A DNA stretch of 63,999 bases, the filler included, from Reclinomonas americana ATCC 50394 (Eukaryota): assembly GCA_048213135.1 (NCBI GenBank). It is 12 parts of 12 records of this genome, joined end to end, with 100 filler letters (N's around TTAATTAATTAA, not from the genome) between each part and the next. Parts side by side here need not be neighbours in the genome. Positions count along the whole stretch, not along the records: positions 14,837 to 23,391 come from AFZH01021927.1; positions 23,492 to 26,272 come from AFZH01021928.1; positions 26,373 to 27,798 come from AFZH01021929.1; positions 27,899 to 36,889 come from AFZH01021930.1; 8 more parts are not named here. One strand, written 5' to 3'. The position numbers and the translations under genes were made by a program. A model generated the notes under the pieces. That model was not told the origin of the DNA. It saw nothing but the letters and a program-made list of their open reading frames with translations, and did not search any database. Position 1 is the first letter of the stretch, and each line of letters begins with the position of its first letter. Shown one piece after another: positions 17,334-30,800 of this stretch.

Positions 17334-20300
17334 AGAGAGAGTTGTGTGTGTGTATGAGTTGTGTGCCTCTTCTCTCGTTGTGTCTGTGGGTCCTCTTTGA
17401 CAACTCGTATGTGATGATTGCGCATTGAGCCCTCTGTGAGTGAAGTTTGTGAGGAGAGAGAGAGAGAGAGAGATGTACCTCCTCCTCCTCCTCCTTCTCT
17501 CTCTCTCTCTGTGCTTTCTTTGACAACTCTCTTGTGTGATGATTGCGCGATCAGTTGAGCTCTTGCTCTCACTCGTTTCTGTCTCTTTGCGTTGGTGTGT
17601 GTCTGTGTGAGAGAGAGAGAGAGAGAGTTGTGAGTGTGAGCTGTGCGCCTTCTCTCTCTGTCTCCCTGTGTCCCTGGGTCATCTTCGACAACTCGTTCTT
17701 TGATGATTTGCACATTGAGTTGAGCCCTTGCTCTCTGTCTCCTTATTGGCCTTCTCTTTGCGCATGTGTGTGAGAGATAGAGACAGAAGTGTGTGTGAGT
17801 TGTGCGCCTTCTCTCCTCTGTAAGAGGGTCCTTTGACAACTCCTCTTTGTGGATTTCACGCACTCTATTCCCCATCCTCTATCTCCTCTCTCCTCTTTCT
17901 CCTTTTCCCTCTCCTCTCTCCTTGTCCTTGAGGAGTTGTCATACTCATCTTAGTGCCTCTCGTATCCTCTCAAATTGCCACCTTTCTCTCAGATATCGTC
18001 CTCATTTCGAATACGCTCAACATTACTCCTGATTGCATCCTCCACTGTTTCTGTGTAATGGATCGTCTTGTTCTCCACTTTCATATGCGCTTCTTCGTTT
18101 CTCCCTCTCTCCACTGTCTCCCACTCGCTCACCCTTCCCCTTTCTCCCCCCTGACTCTTCCCCTTGCCCTCCCCTCATCTTCCCCTTCCCCTTCCCCCTT
18201 CCCCTTTCCTCCCCTCATCGTCCCCTTTCCCTTCCCGCAGCCCCCTTCGACAACGGCCGTCGCATCTCCAACGTCCTCAAGCTGCACAACCTTCGCGACG
18301 ACACCGTCCTCACCTACAAAGTCAAGACCACGGCACCCACACGCTATACGGTACGACCACGCAACGGCATTGTTTTCGGCGGCGAGCACCAGGATATCGT
18401 TAGTTGCGTCCTTTTCTTTTTCACTACTCTCTTCTCTTTTTTTCTCACGCCACCCTCGCAGTCACTCTGCATCCACCCGACGGACCCTTTGACGCGTCCG
18501 AGTCAAAAGACAAGTTCCTCATCGAGTACCGCGTCCTCACCGAGGAGGAGCACGTAATGGTCACCTCCAGCGGCGTGCAGCGCGACTTGTGGCAACACCG
18601 ACCCGAAGGTGTGGAGATTCGCCACAAGAAGCTGGCCGCCAAGTTCCACTCGCCACCCGCCGAGTTTCTCGCCAAGGAGGAGGATAATTCACTGGTCATT
18701 ATTAGCATGGTGAGTCCGGGGGCCAAGGACCGGAGCGGGGAGAGAGTGTTGTGTACTGGACGACGATGGCATGGCATGTGACGAAAAAGCGAGTCTGCTT
18801 CTTCTTCCCTCGCATTGTCACATGCCTCGAAGTAGAATCTTGTCCTGTCTCTCTCTCTCTCACTTCTCTGCTCCTTCCCTTCTTGGCCATCCCCGAAACA
18901 CTTTTACTTACCTTCTCATCCCCTTTCTCTTCCCATTCTCTTCCCTATTCTCTTCCCCATTCTCTTCCCCCTTCTCTTCCTCTTGCTCTCCCCCCTTGCT
19001 CTTTCCTTGCTCTTTCCCCTTCTCTTCTCCATGTCTTCCCTCATCTCTTCCCCCATCTCTCCCCCATCTCTTCTCCATTCTCTTCCCCATCTCTTCTCCA
19101 TTCTCTTTCCCATCTCTTCTCCATTCTCCCCCCTCACTCTTCCCCTTTCCCTTTCCCTCCTCTTCCCCTCCTCTTCCCCTTCTCTTGTCCATGTCTTCCC
19201 TCATCTCTTCCCCCATCTCTTCCCCATCTCTTCTCCATTCTCTTCCCCCTTCTCTTCCCCTTTCGTCTTCCCCCTTACCTCTTCCTCCTTCGTCTTCCCC
19301 CTTCGTCTTCCCCCTTACCTCTTCCTCCTTCGTCTTCCCCCTTCTCTTCTCCCTTCTCTCCCCTCTTCTCTCCCCTCCTCCTTCCCCTCCTCCTCCTCCT
19401 TCCCTCCCTCACCCCCTTCCCCTTTCCCTTCCCCCTTCCCCCTCCCCCTCCCCTTCTCCCTTCTCCCTTCTCCCCTCCCTCCCTCTCCCCCTTCCCCCCC
19501 TTCTCCCCTCCCCTCACCGCCTTCCCTTATATCCTTCCCGCTCAGCGCCACGCCGACCACATCGGAGGCGACGCAGGCCCCTCCAGCTCCATCCTCGAAC
19601 GCGCCTCCTCCGCCTCAGGCCTCTCGCCACCACCCAGCACCATGATGGCCGGTGGTGCGGCGGCGGCGGGAACGGAGCAGAATGTCTCCGTACACGCCAA
19701 CAACGAGCTGGGATACCTGCACCGCATTGGGCGGTACGAGCTGGAAGTACAGGGCCTGTACGCACGCAATGTGGAGCTGGAGAGGCAAAAGCGCGAGGCA
19801 GAGCGTCAAGTTTCGTGCTCGTGTAAAGTGGAGATTCTCACTCGGCCAGACTGTGCATATGTCTCTCTCTATCTGTGGTGTGCGTCCTGTGCAGTTGTCA
19901 GTGGACTCGTGGTCCCTTCCGTCTCCTGTCTCCCTTCCGCGGCCTCTTATTCTTCCTGCCCGTCAATCTCCCCCAATCCTCTTCGACTTTCTCTCTTCTA
20001 CTCTCTCCCTCTCTCGCCTTATGCCTCCTTTACCCTTCCTCGCGCTCACCCTCTTTTTTTCGAGCAGGCACGCGAGCTGCAGCTGGCATTGGAGGCGCAA
20101 CGAAAGGAGACGGATGGCATTCGCGCCAAGCTCTCACGCCTCTCGTGTGTGGACTTCAATGGCATGGAGATGGCCGAATTGGAGGAGGTGGAACGGGAGT
20201 TGCACGCGGCGCTGGCACGTACCGCCGATGCGAAGCGGGAGGCGGAGAAGAAGAGAGTGGTGGCGCTGGAAAGAGAGAAGCAGGAGCTGGCGGACTCGTG

Positions 20301-20523
20301 GATGTGCAAGGTGTGCGGGGTGTGGAGGGGGCGGACACGGAGTATCAAAGTTTGTTGTGTGCTCACTCTTGCCTATATGCAGGTCTGTTACGACATGCGG
20401 ATCGATACCATTCTTCAACCGTGCTCGCACCTGTGCGTGTGCTCCAAGTGTGCCTACAAGTTGACGATATGTCCGATTTGTCGCACATACATCAAGGGCA
20501 AGATGTCGGTCATTCCCTCTTGA
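16242..20523 (+). CDS. MSP (VAP-type) domain, coiled coil and C-terminal C3HC4 RING protein
   Basis: Spliced LYFPPPFDNGRRISNVLKLHN..YKVKTTAPTRYTVRPRNG..KDKFLIE (MSP), then coiled-coil exons, then WMCKVCYDMRIDTILQPCSHLCVCSKCAYKLTICPICR, TGA at 20521-20523. Confidence 0.85.
16565..17840 (+). repeat. ~526-bp tandem duplication (plus a partial third copy) covering the end of exon 1 and the start of intron 1 of the MSP-RING gene
   Basis: gagtgtggcgtcgtcgatgattagtttgtcgagtaatac occurs at 16565 and 17091, followed by matching intron sequence. Confidence 0.85.
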
Positions 20524-20794
20524 TTGTTGTTGTTGTTGTTGTTGTCAAAGTTAGTTTGTTTTTTTGATCCCTCTATGTTGTATGTGCTGGCGGATGGTAG
20601 TTGGTTGCTGCGTGACAGTCACTCCCTCCCCTTCTCTCTCCCTTGTCTGCGCTGGTCGTTTTGGAAACGGCAATTTTTTCTTGTGCGTGTCATGGTGGAG
20701 GTGGTGGTTGTGGTGGTGTGTCTGCGACGGAAACGGAAATGTGTGTGTATTGATGTGTTGGAATGTTCGTACCACATGCAGTGAGATCGATTTT

Positions 20795-23700
20795 TCATTG
20801 GGGTTGTCGGATTGGTTCGCCGTGTACCACGACCACGCCGCCGTTGAGGTCCTGCAGAAGGGGAAGGAGTGGTGAGAAAGGGGAAGGGGGCAGGGGAGGA
20901 GAAGGGTGAGGAGCACAGGGAAGGAGGCTGCAGTGCGACCCAAATCGCAGAGGATTGACTGTATTTGAGATAGTGAGAGACTGTCTGTCTTTCTTCTGCC
21001 TTCTTCTCTCTCCACTCCTTCTCGTTTTCTCTTCTCTTCCTTTCTCTTCCGTCTTCTCTCTCTTTCCTCACTTCTTCTTCCTTTCTCACTCTCGCTTCCC
21101 AGTCATTCATTTCTCTTCTTTTTCTCTTTCCCCTGGTCCCCCTCTCTTCCCTCTATCCTCCCCCTTTCTCCACCCTTCCCCTTTTCTACTTTCCCTCCAC
21201 TTCCCCCTCTTGCACGCAACTGCCACCTCCACACTGAGATCACGCAGCGGCGACAACGGCCGCATGGTCGACTTTTGCCGCCGACCCAGCGTGTACAACT
21301 CAAAATCACCAAAACCTCGCGCCTGTGGCGCCTGTTGCTGCCAGTGGTCGTACAGGGCCTGTGTATGGAGAAGGTGGTGGTCATGAGCAGCAGCTGCGAC
21401 CAAACCCAAGCTCGCCGAAAAGAAACACCCACCGCAACCGGGGCATTCGACGGCATCTCCACCTGCATCTCCTGCCCCGAATGCGCCATCAAGAACGTGA
21501 AGCGCACATTGCGCGCGACGGCCACTGGCGGGGGCGGCAACACGCCGGAGTGGGCCAGCGGTGCGTCTTCGCTGTAGGGTGGTGGTGGAGGAAGCGAGTC
21601 GGCGGGCACAAAGGGCGGGGGAGGTGGCGGTGGGGACGGAGGTGCCGCTGGAGCGACGAGGACCTGTGAATGAAAAGTCAGCGAGCTCATCAAACACTGC
21701 GACGCAGTCAGGTCACACACCTCTTCCAGGGTGGCAATGTCCGCCGAGAGCCATTCTGCGATGACAAACCTAGTTAGTACTAGGGATGAAAGGCGACAAG
21801 AGAGAGCGGTTGTCTGCAAGTGTGGTGTCAGAGAGGGAAGGAGACAGTGTGCGTGTGAGCGCGTGTCTTACTCTCTCTCTCTCTCTCTCTCTGAGACACA
21901 TTCTCTGATGCACTAACTCCCACATTTTCTTACTGTCTCTTGTCTTCTCTCACACACAGACACATACAGTCTCTCGCGGCCTGTTCTTTCTCAAAGTACC
22001 ATTGAAATCAAGCAGCAGCGGATGAAAGGCATACAGAGCGACAAAGGGGGCGGTCAACGGCAGGCGGCTGAGCACGAGGCTAAGATCTTCGAGGTACAGC
22101 GACAGCAAGTGGATGAGGCACATGCGCTGCGGGCATGCGGCACCGGCTGCAATAGTGGGTGAGAAAGTGCCAAGCGAAGGAAAGGGGACGAGACGAGACA
22201 AACCCGTGCTCGACTGCAACACCAAGGTTGCGTGGCCTTCGATATCCTGCTCCACAAAACCGCCCACTTTTAGCAAGTCGACAACACCTGTGAGAGGTAT
22301 GAGAGAAAGTGAGAATTCGCATGAACAGGCGACAAATCCACCGAGGCAAACCTCGCACGGCCACCAGGTTTTGCGCCACCAGAGCATTGCTCATTCGCAA
22401 GTGACGATACCGCTGGTCCGACGGATGATCCACCACATTACCAAAGGCGCGCTGCAGGCAGTAGAGGACGCGATGTGCGACCTCCACCGTGCCCATGGTC
22501 TCCAGAGCAACGAAAATGCGAGTGCGGAAGAGGCGGCTAATGAGGTCGTCTCCTACAGCCAGCAAGTCAGCAAAGCAGCATTGGTCAGCTGACACGATGA
22601 TAGACGCAACGGCAGAGAGAAGCCAATGTCTCGTCGGTGAGCACCACAGCGACAAGGTCGTCACGCAGCAGCGTCGCAGTGGAGAAAGCCGCCTGTCGCA
22701 GAATATATGAGCAAACGATGAGGGTATGATTGATTCATGGCGCTGATACCTCCTCCAGGCTCTCGAGCTGACCCAACATGCGCCGACCGTACATGCTGCA
22801 TTGGAGAAACGAGGGTGAGAATTGGAGAGATGCAAATACGGGCAGAGCGGCGACATACGGCGAGACGGAAAACTCGCGGCGGTGAGGACTGGCCATTCCA
22901 GCGGCGGCGATGGCAGCGGAGGAAGTGGGGCTGACCACGACTGGCAGGGGTGGGTACAAGTCGGCAACCGTCGCTGGGAGGCAAAGGGGGAAGGAAGGGT
23001 GAGTAACTAAGGAGAAGAGGAGAGAATGAGAGAGGGGGGTAAGACAAGGAAAAAGAAAGGAAGAGAGCAGACGTGAAGGGAAAAGTATGACAATATGAGA
23101 GAAGGGAGAGAGAAACTGAGACCCGATTGAAAGGAAGGAACACATTGAGAAGTAATGAGGGAGAGAGAAACACGGGAGAGCGAGAAAATGAGAGAAAGAT
23201 GGACACCAAGATTGAGAGGATGCATGAAAATATATGAAGAACGAAAGAACGATGAATGGAGACGGAGAGGGCGCACGAGTGACAAAAAAAGGAAAATGAG
23301 AGAGAAAGAGAAAGGAGAAAGTGAGATATGGACACCAAGAATGAAAGGATGCACGAAACATAAAAAACGAAACAATAATTGAAAGAAGACANNNNNNNNN
23401 NNNNNNNNNNNNNNNNNNNNNNNNNNNNNNNNNNNTTAATTAATTAANNNNNNNNNNNNNNNNNNNNNNNNNNNNNNNNNNNNNNNNNNNNAGTGTGGAA
23501 TTGTAGACTTGGAAGCCGACAAAGGAAGAGAAGAGATAGAAGAAGGAAGCAATGAGTGAGAGAAATGAGAATGAAGGAAAGAAGGAAGGTGTCAGAAGAC
23601 AAGACGAATAAGGAACGGGCAAGATGATGCAAACAGGCAGAGTCCTCTTCCTCCTCCTCCTGCTCCTCCTCTTCCTCCTTCCCCCTCCTTATTCTTCTTC

Positions 23701-25688
23701 TCTTTCTTTTTGTGAAAGCCCTCATCGCCTCACGCACATGGTGGTGGTCTCAGCGGTGGCGGAGGTTCCGGCAAGTCCTGGTCATCGTCGTCCAACACCT
23801 GCGGCGAACGCGACTGTCGGCTTCCAGAAGCCGGAGGAGCTGACGATGGTGACGGTGGAGCGAGGAAACTGGCCGAGTTTTGTCGCACTGAGGCGTATGA
23901 CGAGGGCGAGCCGCCGACCATGGCTCGCGACGGGGACGAGGCTGCCAATATTCGATAAATGAGTACCACAAGCAGGGCCGCCATTGTGCATTCGCGCGCC
24001 ACGCACCAGCCAATGCCGACACGGGTGAGACGGGCGGCGTGTCGCGTCGCAGTGCGTCCTCCATGTCGGCCAGCGACATGGGGCGTCCGGAGGCGTCGTG
24101 AGTGCCGGGCCGTGAATTTGGCACCGAGAGGTGCTGCGAGTGATACACGGGAGACTGCATGCCAGACTGCGAGGGGGAAGTGGGTGACCGGGGGGTGAAG
24201 AGCATGTGTGCGCGGCGACGAACCAGCTCCGGTTCCTCCTGCAAGTAGATCTGCAGCAACATGGGTGTGAGAGAAAGAAGGGATTGGAGAGAACACGAAG
24301 GGTGACAAAACTTGGCTGGCATCGGCAACAGAGCGCGGCATGCTGTGCGAAGAAGTGAAGTCAGGCGATATGGTAAACAAGGCAAAGTCCACAAGATGCG
24401 CACAACCTTGGGTCCTGCAGCGGATAGAGTGTGAGACACCAATATCAGGAGGTAAAACCACAGAAACACGTAACTAGCGAGCGATGGAGTGGCTCGACGG
24501 CACCATTCTGCAGCGTCGGCGAATAATCAGCAACAGGAGAACAGATCGCCCTCCCGGTCTACTTCTTATTCCTCTTGTGTTTCTTCTCCTCACTGTCTAC
24601 CTCTGTTCCCTTTTATCTTGGTCTTCTTCATGTTCTTCTTCTCCTGCGTGCGCAACTTGGTGCAGAGGTGACCGACCAGCGCCATCGGCGGCACCATTCT
24701 GCAAGTGAAGGTGAGCGACAGGGAGTGAACGTGAACTTGAACACGGAGCGAAACTCCGTAATGAGACGGCGATGCTTCCGGGGCGGAACCCTAACAGCGC
24801 ATGGGTGAGCAACGCAGACAGGTGGATTGTTGGTGGAATCGGCAAGCGCAACTCGATACAGTGCGGCCGGTGCCTGCGCAGCCTGCAAGAGGTGTGTGAG
24901 ATGCAGGGTGCGAAGAAGCGAATCGCACTCCATTGGCATCACCTGACGACTGGGCAAGTCACGAAGCTCCACTTCCTGTGTATGAAGACAGAGTGAGCGC
25001 TCTCCGTAGAGAGGAGACGTGCTTGCGACACTGAGTGCACGTGTGTGGGAGAGACATGTGAAAGCAGGCAACCAGGAAGGCGACTGCGGGGCAGAGAAAG
25101 AGACAAGTAGAGTGAAGAGACGACAAACCTGATGACCGCTCATGGGCACTGTCTGCGGCATTGCGGCAGACGCGACCCCCGTGCCATCGGCGGCGGCGGC
25201 TGTATTGCAAGGCAGGTGAGCAACAACAGCTTCAAAGAGAAAATGTGTTTGCGACACCAAAGTACCTCGCTGTCTCCGTCGCTGATCCTTGTTGCGTGTC
25301 CACGCTGCGTAGGCGGCTTCATTGCGCTGAACGGCAGTCTCCTTGGCTGTGGCCTCTTCACTCTGCGCCTTGCGAACGCTGCACCAAACAGAGCAAGAGT
25401 TGAACAACCAACGAGCACAGAGAGGCAGAGAAAATCGATCGACGCAACGTGCTCGCCCAACAACCTAGATGTCGGCAAAGAATGAGTTACGTGCGAGCGC
25501 CACAATCACGGGATAAGGGACGCAACAATAGCAGGGCCACATCAGCGGGCAGAACATGGATTTGCACAGGCAGCAGCACAGGCAAGAGCAGCACTGCGAA
25601 GGCGAGAGTGAGCACGAGACGGAAGTGGGCGTTGGTGAAGTCAACACGCAACGTCGTCCTTGCGGCAGTATCCACAGCAGCAGTACAT
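20795..25688 (-). CDS. Putative p97/Cdc48 adaptor: N-terminal Cys string, Pro/Ser-rich linker, PUB domain, PPxY motif, C-terminal UBX/ubiquitin-like domain; spans a gap
   Basis: PUB motif LQRAFGNVVDHPSDQRYRHLRMSN..GVVDLLKVGGF. C-terminal VRFTFLMAHSGQEMQVEMPSNAPV..ALYDHW. N-terminal spliced MYCCCGYCRKDDCCSCLCCCLCK. The phase-1 donor at 23737 and the acceptor near 22974 join in frame across the gap. Some middle micro-exons are uncertain. Confidence 0.62.
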
Positions 25689-26372
25689 CTGTACCCGGGA
25701 GGGAGGATTGAAATAAAGGAGGTGAGCGAGCGCGATAGCAAGATGAAAACACAGGGAAAGACGATTCGTGAAGTCGATAACGCAGCTTGCATGCACAGCA
25801 CGAAAGAAAGGATGCAAGAGGCTGATCGATGACGACACGGTGACGACAGAGGGGAGGGAGAGGGAGAGAAAGATAATTAGAGAAAGAAAGCGAGGAGCGT
25901 GCAGCTAACAAGCAAACATTCAAAAAAGAGAGAAGCAGAGAGCGAGACAACAGGAGATCAGCCAGACAGTGAATGACGGGAAGAAGGAGAGAGAGAGAGA
26001 GAGAGAGAACGAGACATATTGCAGCAGCAAAGAAGGAGAGCGAGAGGCGCCTTCCTTTTTATGAGAACTACTCTCTCTTCCCTATTTCTTTCGTGCATTG
26101 ATCGTACATTGCTTTCTGTTGTCTGCACGATCCATGCGAGAGAGACAGAGAGGAAGAAAGAAAGAGACAGGAGGGACACACACAGGGAGAGAGACAGAGA
26201 CAAGCACGCCAGAGCAGCAGACAACTGGAAGAGAAACGAACAACGCAAGAAACAAAGAGACAGTGACAGTGANNNNNNNNNNNNNNNNNNNNNNNNNNNN
26301 NNNNNNNNNNNNNNNNTTAATTAATTAANNNNNNNNNNNNNNNNNNNNNNNNNNNNNNNNNNNNNNNNNNNN

Positions 26373-27372
26373 TGGCCACTATTGCTGTGCCTTCGCGACT
26401 GCTCATGCGAGACTGCTGCGCGCGCGTATGCCTCTGGCGAGACCACGATCATGCCACCAGCTGCACTGCCTCGGGCGCCTTGTCCATGTGGACGACGAGG
26501 AGAGATGCGTTCACTGGTGGGCTCGTCATCGTCGTCTTCTGAGCTGGAGGCTGACATTGTAGTCGCGTGAGGCTTTCTTCTATGTCGATGAATTGCAGGA
26601 GCGTCCTGTGACGGTGACATGTATTCTTCGAAGCTTCTATGCTTCTCTGGTCGTAGTTGTATGCCACTGCCGCTGTACCTTCGCGATTGCTCGTGCGAGA
26701 CTGTCGTCGTCATCTTCTGAGACTCAATGTCGGTGAATTCGAATTGCATGAGTGTACAGTCCTGTATGGTGACATGTATTCTTCGTACTTCTGTGCTTCT
26801 CTGCTCGTCCACTGTTGCTGTACCTTCGCGACTGCTCGTGCGAGACTGCTGCGCGCGCGTATGCCTCTGGCGAGACCACGATCATGCCACCAGCTGCACT
26901 GCCTCGAGCGCCTTGCCCATGTGGACGACGAGGAGAGATGCGTTCACTGGTGGGCTCGCCATCGTCGTCTTCTGAGCTGGAGGCTGACATTGTAGTCGCG
27001 CGATCGAGGCTTCAATGATGTCAATGAATTGCATGACTGTCCTGCACATGCATGTGTTCTTCGAAGCTTCTGTGCTTTTCTGCTGCCACTGTTGCTGTAC
27101 CTTCGCGACTGCTCGTGCGAGACTGTCGTCGTCATCTTCTGAGACTCAATGTCGCGATCGGTGAATTCGAATTGCATGAGTGTACATGTCCTGTATGGTG
27201 ACAAGTATTCTTCGTACACTTCTGTGCTTCTCTGCTCGTCCACTGTTGCTGTACCTTCGCGACTGCTCATGCGAGACTGCTGCGCGCACATATGCCTCTG
27301 GTGAGACCACGATCATGCCACCAGCTGCACTGCCTTGGGCGCCTTGGCCATGCGGACGTCGAGGAGAGATGC
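26373..27372. repeat. Higher-order tandem repeat (~430-bp unit with internal sub-repeats)
   Basis: ctgtaccttcgcgactgctcgtgcgagactg recurs near 26385, 26673, 26818, 27095 and 27250. The long block recurs about every 432 bp. Confidence 0.85.
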
Positions 27373-27898
27373 TCATCATCTTCGCAGACTCCATTGCACA
27401 AATATCCTGTGCCTGTGACACGTATCCTTCGATGCTGCAGACCCTCTCTGTTCGTAGTTGTACGACACCGCTGCTGTACCGTCAAAGCGATGAATGATAT
27501 CACGCAAGCGGTTCACTCTAAATCTTCAACCCCGACATGCAGTCACCACTCGTGGCACACGCGGTCATCGTCGACGTCGCTACCACGCCACTCTTCGGCA
27601 CACACTGCTTCGTCGACGCCGTGAATGTCCACGACCCGCATGCAGTCAACTGCGAGCACCAAAGCGAGCATGCTTGTGGTCCGGTTGTTGTTTTGATGGC
27701 CCACGTGAGGTCGCCACCAGGTCGATCTGCATACAATGTCAGTCACAGATCTCTCCCTCATCTTTTTCACCTCTGCGAGGACTCACCCGTGCTAGTCTNN
27801 NNNNNNNNNNNNNNNNNNNNNNNNNNNNNNNNNNNNNNNNNNTTAATTAATTAANNNNNNNNNNNNNNNNNNNNNNNNNNNNNNNNNNNNNNNNNNNN

Positions 27899-30800
27899 GC
27901 AACAGGGCCATCATTGCCGGCCACCAACGGGCACTCGGCAGTGATGCTGGGGGGAGTCGGAGGGATGGCCAGTTTGACATCGCTCACTCTCTCGCCAAGT
28001 GCGCCCAACGGAGGTGGCGCTGGCGCCGGAGGCAAGCTGGCTGTGATTCCCGACGCCCGACAGCCACTGATGCACCGCGGGCAAGACGTGTGCGCACAGG
28101 TGAGCGCGGAGGGTGTCGTGTGTGGGGTCGCCATCACACACGCACAGACGCAGATGCACGCGCACACGCGCACTCACAGCGGCAGACACGCACTCGTCGC
28201 CGCGCACACACACACACACACACATGCGCATGCATGCACGACAGCAGAGACGACTGTGACACACACGCATGCCCAATATGGCCAGTTGCATGCACTTTGA
28301 TCACACGCTCTCACTCACTGTCTCTCTCTCACTCTCTCTGCACACGTGCACAGGTGGAGTTCCGCAGTCGTCAGGTGGCGTGGATCGTGGCGTGTGTGGA
28401 GCGCTATCACGAAGAGAGTCGCACGTACCGAGTTCGCGACAAATTCCCGTCGGGAAAAAAGTCAAAGCAGTGGGATGTGCCGGAGGATGACGTGCTCATC
28501 TTTCCGCCTCTGGAGGCGCAGGTGGCCACGCTGGAACCCGGTAGTCGGGTTTGTTCGAAATTGTCTTGTTTTGGTCGATATATGGTTGTGGACTGACATC
28601 GCATGCATGCATGCATGCACAGGTGCTTGCTCTGTGGCCCAATGACGATGCGCAGACCGAGTGGACCTCTCAGTTTTACGAGGCGACAGTGGTGGCCATT
28701 GGGGTGCGTGGGGGGCTGCGGAAGGAGTGCCAGTTTCCGATTGTTTGACTTGTCTTGTCGTTGCAGGAGCCACTGGAGCCCGGCATGGTGTGTGTGCGCT
28801 TCAGGCAGACCACCGACTATATCGACATCCCGGTCAACAAACTCGTTCCTGTTGCGTGCCTCTGGGTAACGCTCCTCGGGTTTCCCTCCACTCACGTGTG
28901 TACCGTTGCAGGCACCCGAGTCCGTTGTCAATGCGTCCCGAGTCGACATTGCCGACCCGCTGCAAATGACGGGTGTGTCGGGCGGTCAGCTGCTCTCGGA
29001 GGGCGACTCGTTGCACACGCCGGAGCTGTTGTTGCCGTACATCGGCGTGACCTGGCAGAATCTAATGGACAGCGAGGCGCTGTTCTACGAGGTCAGTCCG
29101 TGTGAGCCGCGGGCTGATTGTCGCGCGCTGACAAGTGTTTGTTGCGCGCAACAGGTGTATCACGCGGTGCTGGCGGTGCAAGGCATCCCCATCAGTCAGG
29201 CGGTGCCTGTGGTTGGCATGCGAAACATCAATGCGTTTGTGTTCTTCCGAGAGGTCAACAAGCGCGGTGGCATGCGCAAGGTGTGCCACGCAAGAGTCTC
29301 CGTTTCTCTGCCACTGCCTCTGCTTCTCACCACCGCGATCGGGTGGGGTGGACAGGTCATTGAGAACTCACTGTGGCCCGACATTCACTGGATGCTGAGA
29401 CTGCCGAGAACGGCCACATCGTCCTCGTTTGCCCTTCGTCGGCACTACCAGAAGCTCTTGTTCCCGGTGGAGGAGCGCTACCGATGGAAGCGTGAGATCG
29501 CCGCTGTCGTGCTGCGGCGCAATCGTGGTGGACCCAAGGCTCGCAAAGAGTGCGTGTGCGTTTGCATCCCGAAAAAAGTGTGGAGTGAGTTCGCGCGCTG
29601 ACGGTTGCCTGTGCACACAACACAGTAGCACTGGAGACGACGGCGGATCGTGGGCCGGGGCAGAGGGCAGCGGACCGTCGCAGTCACCGTTACCATCGCA
29701 GCAGTCGTCGCAGACGTCAAGTGTGCGACGCACAGCAGCGGCGGCCAGTGGCTCCATGGGGACGCCCGCGGAGGAACTCGACGAGGAGGTGGAGCGCATC
29801 GTGGCCACCAAGTCGCTGGGTGGTGAGCGGTACTACTTGGTGAAATGGTGAGGCCACCAGTCTCGGTGTGATTGCTGGCATGTCACTGACGTGCTGTGCG
29901 CAGGGTCGGCATCACGGAAACATCGTGGGAGCTGTCGGCCTCGCTGCACCTCAACTGCCCGCACCTAATTGTTGAATTTTGGGAGGCCAAGGACGACGAG
30001 GTACTGTTGCTCTTGTTCGTGACCCTGCATGTATGCATGTGTCAACATACTGAGAATCGTGGCGACACAATGCGCAGCGTCGAATGCGCAAGCATCGCGC
30101 TCGTCATCGCGACGATGCCGTGGCGTCGGACGAGGAGGGCGAAGAGGTCACAGTTGCGCGGATCTCTCTTCCTGTGTGTGTGCACGCATGCCAACACTAA
30201 CATGCCCCGCAGCAGCAGCACGCGCATCAGGTGAATTTCACGCCACCTCCACCACGTCGCACCACCTCTGGCGGCGTCCTCGATGCTCGTCGCCGCACTC
30301 GGAACCGCACCGTGTTGGATGGTGTGTGCTCCGCAGTGACACTTGTGTGTGCGCAGCGGTTGCTCACCTTAATGACTGACAGATTCGCGGAGAACTCGCC
30401 GGAGACCAGCAGGCGATTCTGTGCGTGTGACACTTGTGAGGGGAAAGCCAGTGTGTGTGCATCGATCTGTCTGACTCCCGCCTCCACAGGCACTGGACGA
30501 CACGGACGACGAATCGATCATGGCCACCACGACAATGTCGATGGCGCCGTCGGGACCGGTCGGTCCGCGACCGTTTGTGTTTGACGCAGCGCGTGTGAAG
30601 CAGTTCCGGGATGGCCTCTTCCAGGATGAATTCCAGTCGGACGATGAAATGGTCAGTGGTGGTGGTGCACGATCATGCGTGTCTGGTTCTCACACATCTT
30701 CCCTTCTCTCTGTTGTCAGGACTCGAGCTCAACGCCAGTTGAGCAGAGGATACGACAAGCGGCCATGCGCATGCCGTGGCCGCCGGTCGATCGCAAGAGG

